Positions 37,392 to 48,581 of a stretch of 64,000 bases of DNA are shown here, piece by piece (within the stretch, counting starts at the first letter, position 1; each line of letters opens with the position of its first letter). The stretch spans positions 1,266 through 65,265 of the forward strand of contig JAEUUO010000036.1 in the NCBI GenBank assembly GCA_016787575.1, in the 5' to 3' direction. The position numbers and the translations under genes are program-made. Origin of the DNA: Saprospiraceae bacterium. GTDB taxonomy: Bacteria; Bacteroidota; Bacteroidia; Chitinophagales; Saprospiraceae. A model generated the notes under the pieces. It was not told the DNA's origin. It did no database searches and saw only the letters and a list, made by a program, of their open reading frames with translations.

Positions 37392-38963
37392 ATGCAGCTT
37401 GTTGATTATCGTTTGTTGCCTGAGGAGATTGACGATGATGCAGCCCATCGAAAGGCACTAGCAGAGCAATTGGAATTAAAAGATCCTCATTCATTTGATT
37501 ATAAAATTATCAGACGAAATATTGATGCACGTGCAAGAAATGTATATTTCGTATTTCGTGCGGAAGTTTTTAAGGAAGCTGCATCAAGTTCAAGTTCAAT
37601 TTCAATTGAATTTAATTATAAAAATGTTTCAGATGCCAAGCAGGTTCATGTTATCGGTGCAGGGCCTTGTGGTTATTTTGCAGCCTTAAAATTGATTGAG
37701 TTGGGTCTAAAACCCATCGTCATTGAACGAGGTAAAGATGTGCGTGATCGACGCAGAGATTTAAAAAGCATCCAACAAGATGGAATTGTCAATCCGGATT
37801 CAAATTATTGTTTTGGTGAAGGTGGTGCAGGTACGTATTCAGATGGTAAACTGTATACACGTTCTGATAAACGTGGCAGCATTCAAAGTGTCTTGAATAT
37901 TTTGGTTGACCATGGCGCTGATCCTGAAATAGTCATCGATGTGCATCCACATATTGGGAGCAACCGACTCCCGGAAATTGTTGCAAATATTCGCAAAACC
38001 ATTTTAAAATTTGGCGGTGAAATTCATTTCAATACCAAATTGCAAGATTTAGAAATTGAAAATCAACTTGTAAAAAAAATTATCACCAACCATACAACAT
38101 ATGACTGTTCGGATGTTATTCTTGCAACAGGACACTCTGCGCGCGATATTTTTGAATTGTTGAATACTAAAAATTGTTCATTAAGCTACAAGCCCTTTGC
38201 ATTAGGTGTTCGAATTGAACATCCACAGCAGGTTATAGATCAGATACAGTATAAACAAAATCCAAGGCATGCTAAATTACCCGCTGCCAGTTACAGCATT
38301 TCTTGTCAGATTGATGGGAATGGCGTATTTTCTTTTTGCATGTGTCCCGGAGGTCTCATAGTTCCAGCAGCAACCGCACCAGGTGAATTGGTGATGAATG
38401 GAATGTCTTTGTCAAGAAGAGATTCTCCATTTGCGAATAGTGGATTTGTATGTACCGTTGATGCAAGCGATTTTAAAAAACATGCACATTACCATGCATT
38501 GCAGGGAATGTATTTTCAAAAAGAAGTTGAACAAAAGATGTTTGGTCTGGGAGATGGTTCTCAAAAAGCTCCGGCTCAGCGTTTAGTGGATTTTATTAAA
38601 AAGAGAAAGAGCTTGGATCTTCCGGATTGTTCTTACATACCAGGAATCTTTCCGGCTTCTTTGCATACGGAGCTTCCAAATGCAATTTCTGATCGATTGC
38701 GGAATGCATTTATATATTTTGGTGAACGAATGAGCCAGTTTCTTCATCCGGATGCCATCATGGTATCGCCGGAATCAAGAACCAGTTCTCCTGTTAAAAT
38801 TCCACGAGATCAGCAAAGCTTAATGCATCCTGATATTAAGGGTTTGTTTCCAGCCGGCGAAGGTGCCGGATATGCCGGGGGGATTTTATCTGCTGCAATG
38901 GATGGACAACGGGTTGCACAAGCAGTTTATAATAAAATAAATGGGAAGCTTGTCAATGCATGA
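37392..38963 (+). CDS. FAD-dependent oxidoreductase (COG2509-like)
   Basis: VIGAGPCGYFAA dinucleotide motif, GEGGAGTYSDGKL, C-terminal PAGEGAGYAGGI. Confidence 0.7.
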   Translation: MQLVDYRLLPEEIDDDAAHRKALAEQLELKDPHSFDYKIIRRNIDARARNVYFVFRAEVFKEAASSSSSISIEFNYKNVSDAKQVHVIGAGPCGYFAALKLIELGLKPIVIERGKDVRDRRRDLKSIQQDGIVNPDSNYCFGEGGAGTYSDGKLYTRSDKRGSIQSVLNILVDHGADPEIVIDVHPHIGSNRLPEIVANIRKTILKFGGEIHFNTKLQDLEIENQLVKKIITNHTTYDCSDVILATGHSARDIFELLNTKNCSLSYKPFALGVRIEHPQQVIDQIQYKQNPRHAKLPAASYSISCQIDGNGVFSFCMCPGGLIVPAATAPGELVMNGMSLSRRDSPFANSGFVCTVDASDFKKHAHYHALQGMYFQKEVEQKMFGLGDGSQKAPAQRLVDFIKKRKSLDLPDCSYIPGIFPASLHTELPNAISDRLRNAFIYFGERMSQFLHPDAIMVSPESRTSSPVKIPRDQQSLMHPDIKGLFPAGEGAGYAGGILSAAMDGQRVAQAVYNKINGKLVNA

Positions 38964-39022
38964 TCCTATGTACCTTACTAATACCAGGTTAAAATAGATT
39001 ATAGAATCAAATGATGGTTTAA

Positions 39023-39030
39023 TACTTTTG
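39023..39030 (+). promoter_or_regulatory. Bacteroidota -7 box TAnnTTTG
   Basis: TACTTTTG lies 14 nt upstream of the ATG at 39044. Confidence 0.45.
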
Positions 39031-39043
39031 CAAGCAATAGATT

Positions 39044-41101
39044 ATGGCGAAAATAAGTAAAGTAAAATTGGACAAAGAAGTTTTGGAAAAAGCTTTTCGT
39101 CTTATGTGCACTGCAAAATTTTTAACGGAACATTACGAAGCAAATTTTAAGTTTGTTTCTAAGTATGTTCATGCGACTTCGAGAGGTCATGAGGCTGTCC
39201 AAATTGCTTTGGGATTGCAATTGACTTCAGAAGATTTTCTGTCGGCATATTATCGGGATGACAGTTTGCTTTTAGCAATTGGGATGCAACCCTGGGAGAT
39301 CATGTTGCAATTAATGGCTAAGCGGGACGATCCTTTTTCAGGTGGCCGATCCTATTATTCACATCCCAGTTTAAAAAGGGAGGGCATGCCAAAAATTCCA
39401 CATCAATCTTCTGCTACGGGCATGCAAGCCATTCCTTCCACAGGTTTAGCTATGGGTTTGCAGTACAGGACTCTGGCAAAATTAAATGCTACAAAAGGCA
39501 TTGCTATTTGTTCACTTGGCGATGCATCCATTACAGAAGGGGAGGTTGCAGAAGCTTTTCACATGGCATCTTTAAAGCAATTGCCAATTTTATATTTGGT
39601 TCAGGACAATGAATGGGACATCAGTGCACATGCATCCGAAATTAGAAAAGGAAATGCAATGGATTTTGCAAAGGGATTTCCGGGATTGGAAGCAGTAAGT
39701 ATTGATGGAACGGATTTCGAATTGTGTTACGATACGTTTAAATTAGTTTTAAATAAAATACGCAAAGAACAACGGCCTTTTTTGGTGCATGCAACAGTTC
39801 CATTATTAAATCATCACACGAGCGGTGTTCGTAAAGAATGGTATCGGGATGATCTTGAAAAACAACAATTGGATGATCCTTTTCCAAAGTTTAAAAATTA
39901 TTTGCAACGAAACGGTTTTAGTGAATCCTATCTTGCTCAATTGGAATTGGAATCCAAACAACAAGTGACCATTGATTTTGAACGTGCAAAAAATGCTGAT
40001 GATCCTGTACCTTCAGATTTATATCTTCATGATTTTGCTCCTGCAAGTGTTTTGGAAGAAACTGGTATACGGCATCCCCAACAAGGTGAAGAAAAGGTAA
40101 TGGTCGATTGTGCTTTGTTTGCAATTGATGAATTGATGCAAAAACATCCGGAATGTCTGTTATATGGGCAGGATGTTGGCAAACGCTTAGGAGGCGTTTT
40201 CAGAGAAGCTGCAACCCTTGCACAAAAATTTGGAGATCATCGGGTATTCAATACACCAATTCAAGAAGCTTTTATAGTTGGTAGTACCGTTGGAATGTCA
40301 GCTGTTGGATTAAAACCAATTGTAGAGGTTCAATTTGCTGATTACATCTGGCCGGGATTAAACCAATTATTCACAGAGGTAGCAAGATCCTGTTATTTGA
40401 CAAATGGAAAATATCCTGTGAGCATGATTTTGAGAGTTCCCATCGGAGCGTATGGTAGTGGTGGTCCTTATCATTCTTCAAGTGTTGAATCGGTTGTTTG
40501 CAACATCAAAGGTGTGAAAGTTGTGTATCCTTCCAACGGAGCAGATTTAAAAGGATTGATAAAGGCCGCTTATGAAGATCCAAATCCTGTTGTAATTTTT
40601 GAACATAAGGGATTGTATTGGTCGAAGGTACCAGGAACCGATGCTGCCAAAGTCATCATGCCAGATGCAGATTATAAAATACCATTGGGAAAAGCTCGCA
40701 TCGCATTGCAAGCAGCCGAAGACAATTCGCAAACTACGCTGGTCATTATTAGTTATGGCATGGGCGTGCATTGGGCATTAAACGCCGCAAAGAATTTTAC
40801 AGATCGAATCGAAATTATTGATCTCCGAACCTTGGTTCCATTAGACGAAACGTTTGTTTTTGATGCTGTAAAAAAACACAACCGCTGTTTGGTGCTGACT
40901 GAAGAAACCCTTGAGAATAGTTTTGCACAAGCATTGGCAGGAAAGATTAGTGATACCTGTTTCCAGTATCTGGATGCACCGGTCAAATCCATTGGATCTA
41001 AAAATTTGCCGGCGATTCCACTGAATAGCATACTAGAAAAAGAAATGCTGCCGAGTATGGATGAAATTCAAAAAACCATCCGGTACCTGTTGGATTTTTA
41101 A
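39044..41101 (+). CDS. fused alpha/beta E1 component of a 2-oxoacid dehydrogenase (TPP-dependent)
   Basis: An E1-alpha region (GDASITEGEVAEAFH...) is fused to an E1-beta/transketolase-like region (FNTPIQEAFIVG...). Confidence 0.8.
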   Translation: MAKISKVKLDKEVLEKAFRLMCTAKFLTEHYEANFKFVSKYVHATSRGHEAVQIALGLQLTSEDFLSAYYRDDSLLLAIGMQPWEIMLQLMAKRDDPFSGGRSYYSHPSLKREGMPKIPHQSSATGMQAIPSTGLAMGLQYRTLAKLNATKGIAICSLGDASITEGEVAEAFHMASLKQLPILYLVQDNEWDISAHASEIRKGNAMDFAKGFPGLEAVSIDGTDFELCYDTFKLVLNKIRKEQRPFLVHATVPLLNHHTSGVRKEWYRDDLEKQQLDDPFPKFKNYLQRNGFSESYLAQLELESKQQVTIDFERAKNADDPVPSDLYLHDFAPASVLEETGIRHPQQGEEKVMVDCALFAIDELMQKHPECLLYGQDVGKRLGGVFREAATLAQKFGDHRVFNTPIQEAFIVGSTVGMSAVGLKPIVEVQFADYIWPGLNQLFTEVARSCYLTNGKYPVSMILRVPIGAYGSGGPYHSSSVESVVCNIKGVKVVYPSNGADLKGLIKAAYEDPNPVVIFEHKGLYWSKVPGTDAAKVIMPDADYKIPLGKARIALQAAEDNSQTTLVIISYGMGVHWALNAAKNFTDRIEIIDLRTLVPLDETFVFDAVKKHNRCLVLTEETLENSFAQALAGKISDTCFQYLDAPVKSIGSKNLPAIPLNSILEKEMLPSMDEIQKTIRYLLDF

Positions 41102-41179
41102 TATTTATTAGCATCCGATTGCATAAATAGCTTTATAAAATTAGCTTAAGTTTGACTGTGTTTATCAAATGGCATGCTG

Positions 41180-43162
41180 TTATTGGATATTGACATAATA
41201 AGTATCAATCTTCAGTGCGTCATTGGTAAAGATTCCAAATGAGTTTTGAGCTTTCTCCGTTTGCTTGCTAACTTCAGGTTGGTCACTGATTTGTTTGATC
41301 CAATTGCCTAATTCATGATGATTTGTGCGATTCATGGATCGGCTTGCATCCAAACTATTAAAGTCAATTGGATTTGTACTGAGTAATAATTTAAGGACAT
41401 AAGTTCCCTTTGGTGGAATAAGCTTAAATGATTGTGACTGGTAGGTATTGCCGGGTGTTAAATAATAGTCGCCACTGGTTTTAGTTTGTTCGGGAAAAAT
41501 ACGGTGGATGCTAAAATCCGGTCGAATCTCCAGAATCGAAAAATAGAAATTTTGTGGACCGCTGTTTTTTAGTGTAAACGAAATCGTATCGCTTAAACTT
41601 AGATTTAGATTGTGCTCCCTAAGTTCAATTGATTTTCCTTTGTAATTTAGTGAAAAGTCAGCAATCAGTTGTTCATCAGGTAACTCAAGCTTGATTAATT
41701 TTTGTGCTTTTTGATATTTAACCAAAAGGCTTTTTATATTTTCTATTTCTGTTTGTTCATTGGTTGAATTTATTTGCTTCTGGTAAATTAAAGACTCATT
41801 GCGATCATAAATAGTCATGTAATCGGAGTTGGCAAAACCTTCCGGATTTTCAAAGTATAAATCTGGATTTTCATCAACTACCTGAAAGACATTCAGGCTG
41901 GATAAAACTTCCTTCATTCTGGAACTAAGCAATGTATCCTTTAATGCAAATTGAAGTCGCATTTTGTCTCTGCCATATTGAATTTTAGAAACGACTGCTT
42001 TGGCATTTCTAAGTGTTTCTGCCGGAATGTTGTCATACAATATTACATCGGCATCCAATGCTGAGCTTTCATCAACGATTCCTTTCGCTAAATAGGCTTT
42101 ACCTGTAGGGTCACGTACGGATTCCGCATAGAAGAGTATCTCACTGCCATCATAAATTTGGTGTAATATGCCCTTGTCAATTAAAACCATATTCGTGCTT
42201 ATGATATCTTTGACATGTATGAATTTTGAATTTTGAGTAAGTTGATTATTGAAAACGCAATATTCAGTAGGGCCTTCAATTTGAGGATGCTGCAATCCAG
42301 TGTATGCGCTGACATTAGTTGCAATGTGATGATACAATTCGTTATAACTTAAACAAGCTTTATTTGTCAATAAATTTTTACATAAAAAATAGGTAAATAA
42401 ACCATATAGTTGTGTCGATTCATTTAAAAATTCATAGGATTTTTCATTAGGACTGGAGCTTGCAATTGAAATAAATGGAGCTAATCCCGAATTTGATTCC
42501 GTTGACCGAATCAGAATGCCGGATGATTCAGATTTAAAAGATCGGTGAGATTGAATGTATGCCTCATCAGCCATAATGACATCGGTACCTCTGCCGATGT
42601 TTCGCCCACGGGTAATGGTTCCGGAATGGCATGCATCCATGGTAACGAGCAACTGTCCTTCACTTCCAATTAAATGGCGTATATCTGAAATCAATGAATC
42701 CAGTTGGTCATCTGCTATTAAATTTTGTCCTACATTTATTTTTGTTTTATAATTTTTTGGAGAATCAAATGGAACGAATGCTTCATCATAGCCATCTATT
42801 TCATCACTATTTTTATCTTGTACCTGTTGACCATGTCCACTGAAATGAATGTGAACGATTGACTTTTGGCTGATTTGTTTTTTTAATGATTCAAATGCCA
42901 GAAGAATATTCCTTTTTGTAGCTTCTTCATTGATTAAACTACTTATGTTTTGTCTTGGAAAACCAACTTTTAACAAAGTGGATTTAACCAATTGAACATC
43001 TGCATCACCATGCAATGGTTCCCAATTGCTTTCAGGAGGATAGCTTCCTATCCCAATTAATAAAGCATAGTTGGACTTTTTTTCGGGCTTTATATTTTGA
43101 GTATAGGCGGTTGAGTAGGAAATTGAAATAAAAATCAGAAATAAAAATAGATAAAGCTTCAT
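41180..43162 (-). CDS. secreted caspase-family (peptidase C14) protein with large C-terminal domain
   Basis: Signal peptide. YALLIGIGSY, catalytic HFSGHGQ and MDACHSG. Confidence 0.8.
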   Translation of the reverse strand: MKLYLFLFLIFISISYSTAYTQNIKPEKKSNYALLIGIGSYPPESNWEPLHGDADVQLVKSTLLKVGFPRQNISSLINEEATKRNILLAFESLKKQISQKSIVHIHFSGHGQQVQDKNSDEIDGYDEAFVPFDSPKNYKTKINVGQNLIADDQLDSLISDIRHLIGSEGQLLVTMDACHSGTITRGRNIGRGTDVIMADEAYIQSHRSFKSESSGILIRSTESNSGLAPFISIASSSPNEKSYEFLNESTQLYGLFTYFLCKNLLTNKACLSYNELYHHIATNVSAYTGLQHPQIEGPTEYCVFNNQLTQNSKFIHVKDIISTNMVLIDKGILHQIYDGSEILFYAESVRDPTGKAYLAKGIVDESSALDADVILYDNIPAETLRNAKAVVSKIQYGRDKMRLQFALKDTLLSSRMKEVLSSLNVFQVVDENPDLYFENPEGFANSDYMTIYDRNESLIYQKQINSTNEQTEIENIKSLLVKYQKAQKLIKLELPDEQLIADFSLNYKGKSIELREHNLNLSLSDTISFTLKNSGPQNFYFSILEIRPDFSIHRIFPEQTKTSGDYYLTPGNTYQSQSFKLIPPKGTYVLKLLLSTNPIDFNSLDASRSMNRTNHHELGNWIKQISDQPEVSKQTEKAQNSFGIFTNDALKIDTYYVNIQ

Positions 43163-43260
43163 TATTTTATTTTTTTAAGCATTCATTGAAAATAGAGGGA
43201 AAAAGGCATATGTTTTCTGAACTGATTGCCCGATTCTTTTTGCCGATTGTTAGTTTCATA

Positions 43261-43986
43261 TTATAATCCCAGACTGCCGGTCCAAAATACTAAGGGAAAA
43301 ATTCCGGATTCATGAATAATACGTACTCTCCACAACCTGGCAATACCTAATGGATCTGCAAAGCCTGTTACTAACAAGGGATCATTCGGTTTTCCTTTTA
43401 GGATAGTGATTGCCGGACTATTGGATGGATCTTCTCGATTTTCAACCATGACATGAAAATTTTTTTTGCTTTGGCTTGCATTGAAATAAGCCTGAATATA
43501 GCCACCTATTGAAGCATAGGCTGAAATAAACTCAGATTGAATTAGGCGTAAAGATCTTCTACTTTCCATTAGAATGGACTCCTGATTGCGCTTAATACTA
43601 TATGCTATTACATTTGGTTGAATGTTTTGTTGCAGCACAGTAATTCGTAAATGATCCATGGTTTGATCCTGGTTTGTTGATTGATTGTTAATAACTTCCA
43701 GATCATTTTCTAAAAAGGTGTCGCCAATTTTTAAAGCAACCAATTCAAGCGAACTTTCTTGTAGAGTCCGAATCAACAATTCATTGTCAGATTGAAATTG
43801 AACTTTTATTGAATTATCACCACTGCCATCAACAAGTTTAACGATAGTGGAGAATTTTAAAATTGATTGGTCAGCTTCGATCTGCAAGGAATGGTCGTTG
43901 TGGTTGTTTTCATTAATTTCACACGAGCCGGCAAATATAAATAGGATTGCTAACAGCAGATTTTTTAGATTTTGTAAATTTTTCAT
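43261..43986 (-). CDS. hypothetical lipoprotein
   Basis: Start set at MKNLQNL...FAGSC (lipobox). No domain recognised. Confidence 0.45.
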   Translation of the reverse strand: MKNLQNLKNLLLAILFIFAGSCEINENNHNDHSLQIEADQSILKFSTIVKLVDGSGDNSIKVQFQSDNELLIRTLQESSLELVALKIGDTFLENDLEVINNQSTNQDQTMDHLRITVLQQNIQPNVIAYSIKRNQESILMESRRSLRLIQSEFISAYASIGGYIQAYFNASQSKKNFHVMVENREDPSNSPAITILKGKPNDPLLVTGFADPLGIARLWRVRIIHESGIFPLVFWTGSLGL

Positions 43987-44137
43987 AATATTTAATTTAA
44001 GGATGATCAATTTTGTATTGATATCTAATTACAAAAAAGTGTATAAGTTATCATTGGATTATTTCTAAATAGACCTTTAATTTAGTTTAATGAAATGCAA
44101 TCTATTCAAAATTTAAAAAGCATGCTATGAATGGCAT

Positions 44138-44173
44138 AAAAAAAACTCACAAGAGGTTTACGGACCTCTTGTG
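44138..44173 (-). terminator. rho-independent terminator
   Basis: Perfect 10-bp stem CACAAGAGGT/ACCTCTTGTG with a 6-nt loop, followed on the - strand by a T-run (A-run at 44138-44145 on the + strand). It lies downstream of the gene ending at 44197. Confidence 0.75.
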
Positions 44174-44196
44174 ATAATATAAGAGTATGTGTATGC

Positions 44197-44919
44197 TTAC
44201 CAAAGGATTATGACTGGATCTGAAAATCGATTGTTAAGGCTTAGTTCAAAGTTTGCTTTTACTTTATCAGTAAATTTAATGCAACGATCCAGGGGTGAAA
44301 ATGTAGGTGCAAGATATCGGACATTGCAATCATCGCAGGTACTGGATGCGCAATTAATGCGAAATGCATCGGATTGTTTTACCCTGCCAGACACATATGC
44401 AGCTTGAACGCCATGGTTCTTGTAAGTAAATTTGTATGCATCTGACCCTGGAAGCAATTCAGGTTTGGTAAATTCAACTCCATAGAATTTAACCCATTTT
44501 GCAAGATGAACTTCAATCACTTCGATGCCTACATCTTGTAGACCAGAGCGTTTCTCCATTACCAATGGATAGGATGATTCAGGTATTTTTCCATCAAATC
44601 GCAATTTATCGGTTACATGTAATTTAACGGTTTCACTGTTAAGCGCATGCAAAAGGGTGGGATCTTTTGTGGTGATTTTTATTGCGATTCCACTGGTTTT
44701 TGCATCGTCAAACAGAGTTAGGTATTTAAAGTCTTCACCATGATTGGCATAAAGCGGATTGGAGCGAATGGACAATGCATCAGAAGCTACCGGTAGAATG
44801 TTGTAATCTACTTCCGGAAAATCCAATGGTGGAACTGCATTTTCTGAATCGCAGGAAATAAAGCTACTGATAAATAAACCAGCAAGTAATAAAAAGTTGA
44901 ATTTAAAATACGTTTTCAT
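44197..44919 (-). CDS. hypothetical lipoprotein
   Basis: Start set at MKTYFKFNFLLLAGLFISSFISC (lipobox). Confidence 0.45.
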   Translation of the reverse strand: MKTYFKFNFLLLAGLFISSFISCDSENAVPPLDFPEVDYNILPVASDALSIRSNPLYANHGEDFKYLTLFDDAKTSGIAIKITTKDPTLLHALNSETVKLHVTDKLRFDGKIPESSYPLVMEKRSGLQDVGIEVIEVHLAKWVKFYGVEFTKPELLPGSDAYKFTYKNHGVQAAYVSGRVKQSDAFRINCASSTCDDCNVRYLAPTFSPLDRCIKFTDKVKANFELSLNNRFSDPVIILW

Positions 44920-45003
44920 TGTAATAAGATTTAGGGTGAATAAAATTAATTTCATTAGATAATTGCACAATTTATAATTGGTAATCAGTTAAATAGTAGT
45001 TAT

Positions 45004-48000
45004 TTAATAATTAACCAAAATAAATCCTGCCCAGAAATAAGGATCTCTATATTTCTCTTTAAGAGACATCTGAGCTTTGGTAAAAGCACTCGGAATGTCA
45101 TTTTTATTTGTGATCCAGAATTTGTAAAATTGTTGCATTAATTCCTGAGTTTGATAATCAGGAACCTCCCACAAGGACATGATGATTTTTTTAACTCCAG
45201 CAATTTGAAATGCTCTTTGTAAACCAAGTACGCCATCATTTCCATTGATGTCGCCCAAACCGGTTTCACAGGCAGACAATACCACCAATTTTGTGTTTTT
45301 CAAATCCATTTGACTTACTTCCAAAGCAGTTAAAACTCCATCGTTGGAATTTAAAAATTCCTGTGGACCACTTTGCCAGGTCTTTAATCCATTTGCAAGA
45401 ATCAGTCCTGAACGTAGCATTGGCTGGTTTTTAATAGATTGAAATGAATCGGTTTGTGGATTTGATTTAATAAGTTGGTCTTTTGATATAAAGTATCCAT
45501 GAGTTGCAAGGTGGATGATATCCGGGGAAGGTTTGCCTTCACCCAATTTGTTAAACTGAGTTTCACTTGCTTCTGATCCTAAATAGGATTTTACCTGCAC
45601 GCCGGATTTTTTTAATAAACTGCCGATTTGCAATATTTCAGATTGCGTATGTTTTAACTCCGGCCAGTCTGCATTAGAAGTTTTTATACTATTTAAGCCC
45701 GTAATAGATCGACTTGCTATTTCATTACCTTGAATGTAATTTCTATGAGCGTTTGAGTCTTTCATATAATAGTTGATTCCACCAAAAAGATGTGCATTTT
45801 TTAAACGATATGCAGTTGTTTGGATGTGGTTTAAATCTCTGCCAGATGCCAATTGTATAACATTGAAATTTTGACCAAAAACCTTTGCTCCAGAAACGGG
45901 AATAGCTTGAATATTTATTTTATGCAAACCACCGGAAGGTGCATAATAAATGATTTTTGTATTCTTTAAGGCAGGTAAAAGTGGTTGAATAAGAAATTGA
46001 TATAAATTATTGGCATTCGCCTGTTGTATTGGTTCAAAACCCCTTGAAGCAACTCCATAAATAGCATTTACATAATCGGCTTTTAGTACTTCTGACTTAG
46101 GAAATAGTTGAGTCAGTTGGCTTTCGCTTCCTAATTTTATAAGACTTGGTGCTGTTGATTTTGAATCAAATACAAATGCAATATATTGACAACTGTCTAT
46201 CTTGATATCTGTTGACGTATTAATATATGAAATTTCAACAACAGATTCACCTGTTTTCAATTTGGTTTTAAGCTCCCCAAAACGAACGGTTCTAATAAAT
46301 CGATGGTATCCGGATAAATTTAGACACAAGCGTTGTTCCAATCCACGTATTGTTTGATTGAGTTTAGCTGCATAATCTTTGTTTGGCGTTGATTTTAAAA
46401 ATTCTTTGCTTAAAAGTTTGCAGTAAGATTTGAGGCTGTCATGCAATTCCTGGTTTTTTTTATTTGTGCCAATTAAATTATTAACTTCTAGTTGGTAGTT
46501 TAAGCTGAACCCTTTATAAAACAACTCATTATCGTAAGCTTCCAGCAGGAGTTCATTTTTGGGTTGAGGACAGTTTATTAAGAATGCATTAAATAAGTTG
46601 ATTCCTCTTTTAAACGTTTTAATAAAACCATCGACCTCGGATGGGCTCAGGTATTTAAATGAATCGTATATAATACGTTTCCGTATTTTACTGGCTTCAA
46701 CAAATAACTGGCTTGCTTTTTCATATTGGTTCATTCTAGTGTAGAGTTCAGCCAAATTGTCAAGAATCCACAAATACGTTTTGTTGTAGTTCCCAAATTG
46801 AGTCTCATAATACGATTTTACCAGCAACAGGGTTTTTTCAGCTTTTTCAAATTGACCGGTTTTACTATAGAGTAATCCAAGATTGATAGATATGAAAGGA
46901 TATTTCATTTCAATGCCTTTGTAATTGCTTAAGCGGATGGCTTCAAGGTAAAGCGATTCTGCTTTTGCATAGTGTTCTTTCATTAAGTAGAGGCTTCCAA
47001 GGCGGCTTAAATTTTCAGCCAAGGAATAGTGACTAATTCCATAAAGTTGTTGACGCAAGGCATTGCTTTTTAACAACAGCAACTCAGATTCATCCCATCT
47101 TTTTTCATTATATTGTATGTTTGCTATTAGCTCCAGACATTGGATGTATTCTGAACCAGCTGTCATTGCATGGTTTTCAAAGTTTAATTTAGCCTGAATA
47201 GCAAGGGTCTCAGCATCCGCGCGTTTTCCATAGGAATTGTATAGGGATGACAAATTAAGTAGCAACATATTATACTCCACAGTATTGCTCAGTTTGCTAA
47301 TCTGAGCAATTTCGATCGCTTTGTTTAGCAGCATTTCACTTGAATTGTTTTCACCAAGTTCGCGGTATAATCTAGCCTGGTATCTTAAAATCTGTATGTA
47401 CTCTAAACTGTTTATGCCGAAAAACGAAATGCATTTGTGTTCTGCATTTTCGAAATGAAATTTGGCGGAATCATAATTCATTAAATCCTGATATGCGCTG
47501 GCAATTGCACAATGAAAATGGTAATCTTGTGTCGGATTTGAATCTAAATAGTTTTGGAATCGTTTTTGAATCCTTTGTAAGTTAATTAAGGCTTTTTCTT
47601 TTTCATTGATTTCTTTAAAAAAAGAGCTTAATTTATACTCGCAATTTAAGTATTCATCTATATCAGAAGAAGATACCGGTTCGAATTTATTTAGTTCTCT
47701 TTCATAAACAAGAATGCATGAATCATCCTTGGTTTCTTTAAAGTTGAGTATTGTTCTTAGTTTTAATTCAAGAAGCTTATTGGCAGATGACAAATTGGTG
47801 TTTTGTGAATTTATATCTGAAGCCAGGTTACTAAGGGCTAGTTTGGCATTTTTTAGTAAATTCAGCTGCAATTGAATTTGGATAAGCCGTAAATTAAAAT
47901 AAGATTGGGTTTGAAATTCAAGACGGCAAAAATTGCTATCTGTTACATAATCGGTTAATATAGTCTTTGCATTTGTCAATTGACCTTGGCGTTCCATTAA

Positions 48001-48213
48001 TTCAAATTTCTCGAAGGCAAGCGGTAAGGATTCCATTTTGCATTGAACTGTCGTATCACTCGCATTTAATTTTTTGAATCCATAAGGGAATTGTAAATTG
48101 TAACTTGATTGTTCAACAACACTTGCATTTTTTAATGATGACATTATTATATCTTGACCAGTCACAGGTTGAAGATGAAAGATCATGCATAAGGATAAAA
48201 TAATTATTTTCAT
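45004..48213 (-). CDS. TPR-repeat CHAT-domain (caspase-fold) protein with signal peptide
   Basis: N-terminal signal, multiple TPR-like repeats. CHAT dyad IIHLATHGYF and LVVLSACETGLG. Confidence 0.8.
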   Translation of the reverse strand: MKIIILSLCMIFHLQPVTGQDIIMSSLKNASVVEQSSYNLQFPYGFKKLNASDTTVQCKMESLPLAFEKFELMERQGQLTNAKTILTDYVTDSNFCRLEFQTQSYFNLRLIQIQLQLNLLKNAKLALSNLASDINSQNTNLSSANKLLELKLRTILNFKETKDDSCILVYERELNKFEPVSSSDIDEYLNCEYKLSSFFKEINEKEKALINLQRIQKRFQNYLDSNPTQDYHFHCAIASAYQDLMNYDSAKFHFENAEHKCISFFGINSLEYIQILRYQARLYRELGENNSSEMLLNKAIEIAQISKLSNTVEYNMLLLNLSSLYNSYGKRADAETLAIQAKLNFENHAMTAGSEYIQCLELIANIQYNEKRWDESELLLLKSNALRQQLYGISHYSLAENLSRLGSLYLMKEHYAKAESLYLEAIRLSNYKGIEMKYPFISINLGLLYSKTGQFEKAEKTLLLVKSYYETQFGNYNKTYLWILDNLAELYTRMNQYEKASQLFVEASKIRKRIIYDSFKYLSPSEVDGFIKTFKRGINLFNAFLINCPQPKNELLLEAYDNELFYKGFSLNYQLEVNNLIGTNKKNQELHDSLKSYCKLLSKEFLKSTPNKDYAAKLNQTIRGLEQRLCLNLSGYHRFIRTVRFGELKTKLKTGESVVEISYINTSTDIKIDSCQYIAFVFDSKSTAPSLIKLGSESQLTQLFPKSEVLKADYVNAIYGVASRGFEPIQQANANNLYQFLIQPLLPALKNTKIIYYAPSGGLHKINIQAIPVSGAKVFGQNFNVIQLASGRDLNHIQTTAYRLKNAHLFGGINYYMKDSNAHRNYIQGNEIASRSITGLNSIKTSNADWPELKHTQSEILQIGSLLKKSGVQVKSYLGSEASETQFNKLGEGKPSPDIIHLATHGYFISKDQLIKSNPQTDSFQSIKNQPMLRSGLILANGLKTWQSGPQEFLNSNDGVLTALEVSQMDLKNTKLVVLSACETGLGDINGNDGVLGLQRAFQIAGVKKIIMSLWEVPDYQTQELMQQFYKFWITNKNDIPSAFTKAQMSLKEKYRDPYFWAGFILVNY

Positions 48214-48232
48214 TTTTGTAAAATTTGTATTT

Positions 48233-48240
48233 CAAAGGTA
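48233..48240 (-). promoter_or_regulatory. Bacteroidota -7 box TAnnTTTG (TACCTTTG on the - strand)
   Basis: Lies 20 nt upstream of the CHAT gene ATG at 48213. Confidence 0.35.
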
Positions 48241-48581
48241 TGCTGAACGATTTGGCAGATTGAAACGGGCGATTTTAACTTGATTGACATTTGCTTGATT
48301 ACAGGTCGCTTTGAAAATTAGTCCATACTTTTAATTAAGATGCAGTCAATAATATTAATAGGAATGACTATTTGTATTTAATTCAAATTGAATGCATTAT
48401 GCAATAATTTGAAGCCTGTTTCTAAACTATAAGGTTTTGAAAATCAGATTTCTGGAGGAAATTTTTAAATGCTTCTTTTGCTTTTTAAAATACTACTAAA
48501 GAACCAATTTGCACAGATTTATTGATTTTTTGGAATCATTTAGAGTCAAACAATCGTTAGCATTTTTAGAAGATTAAATTT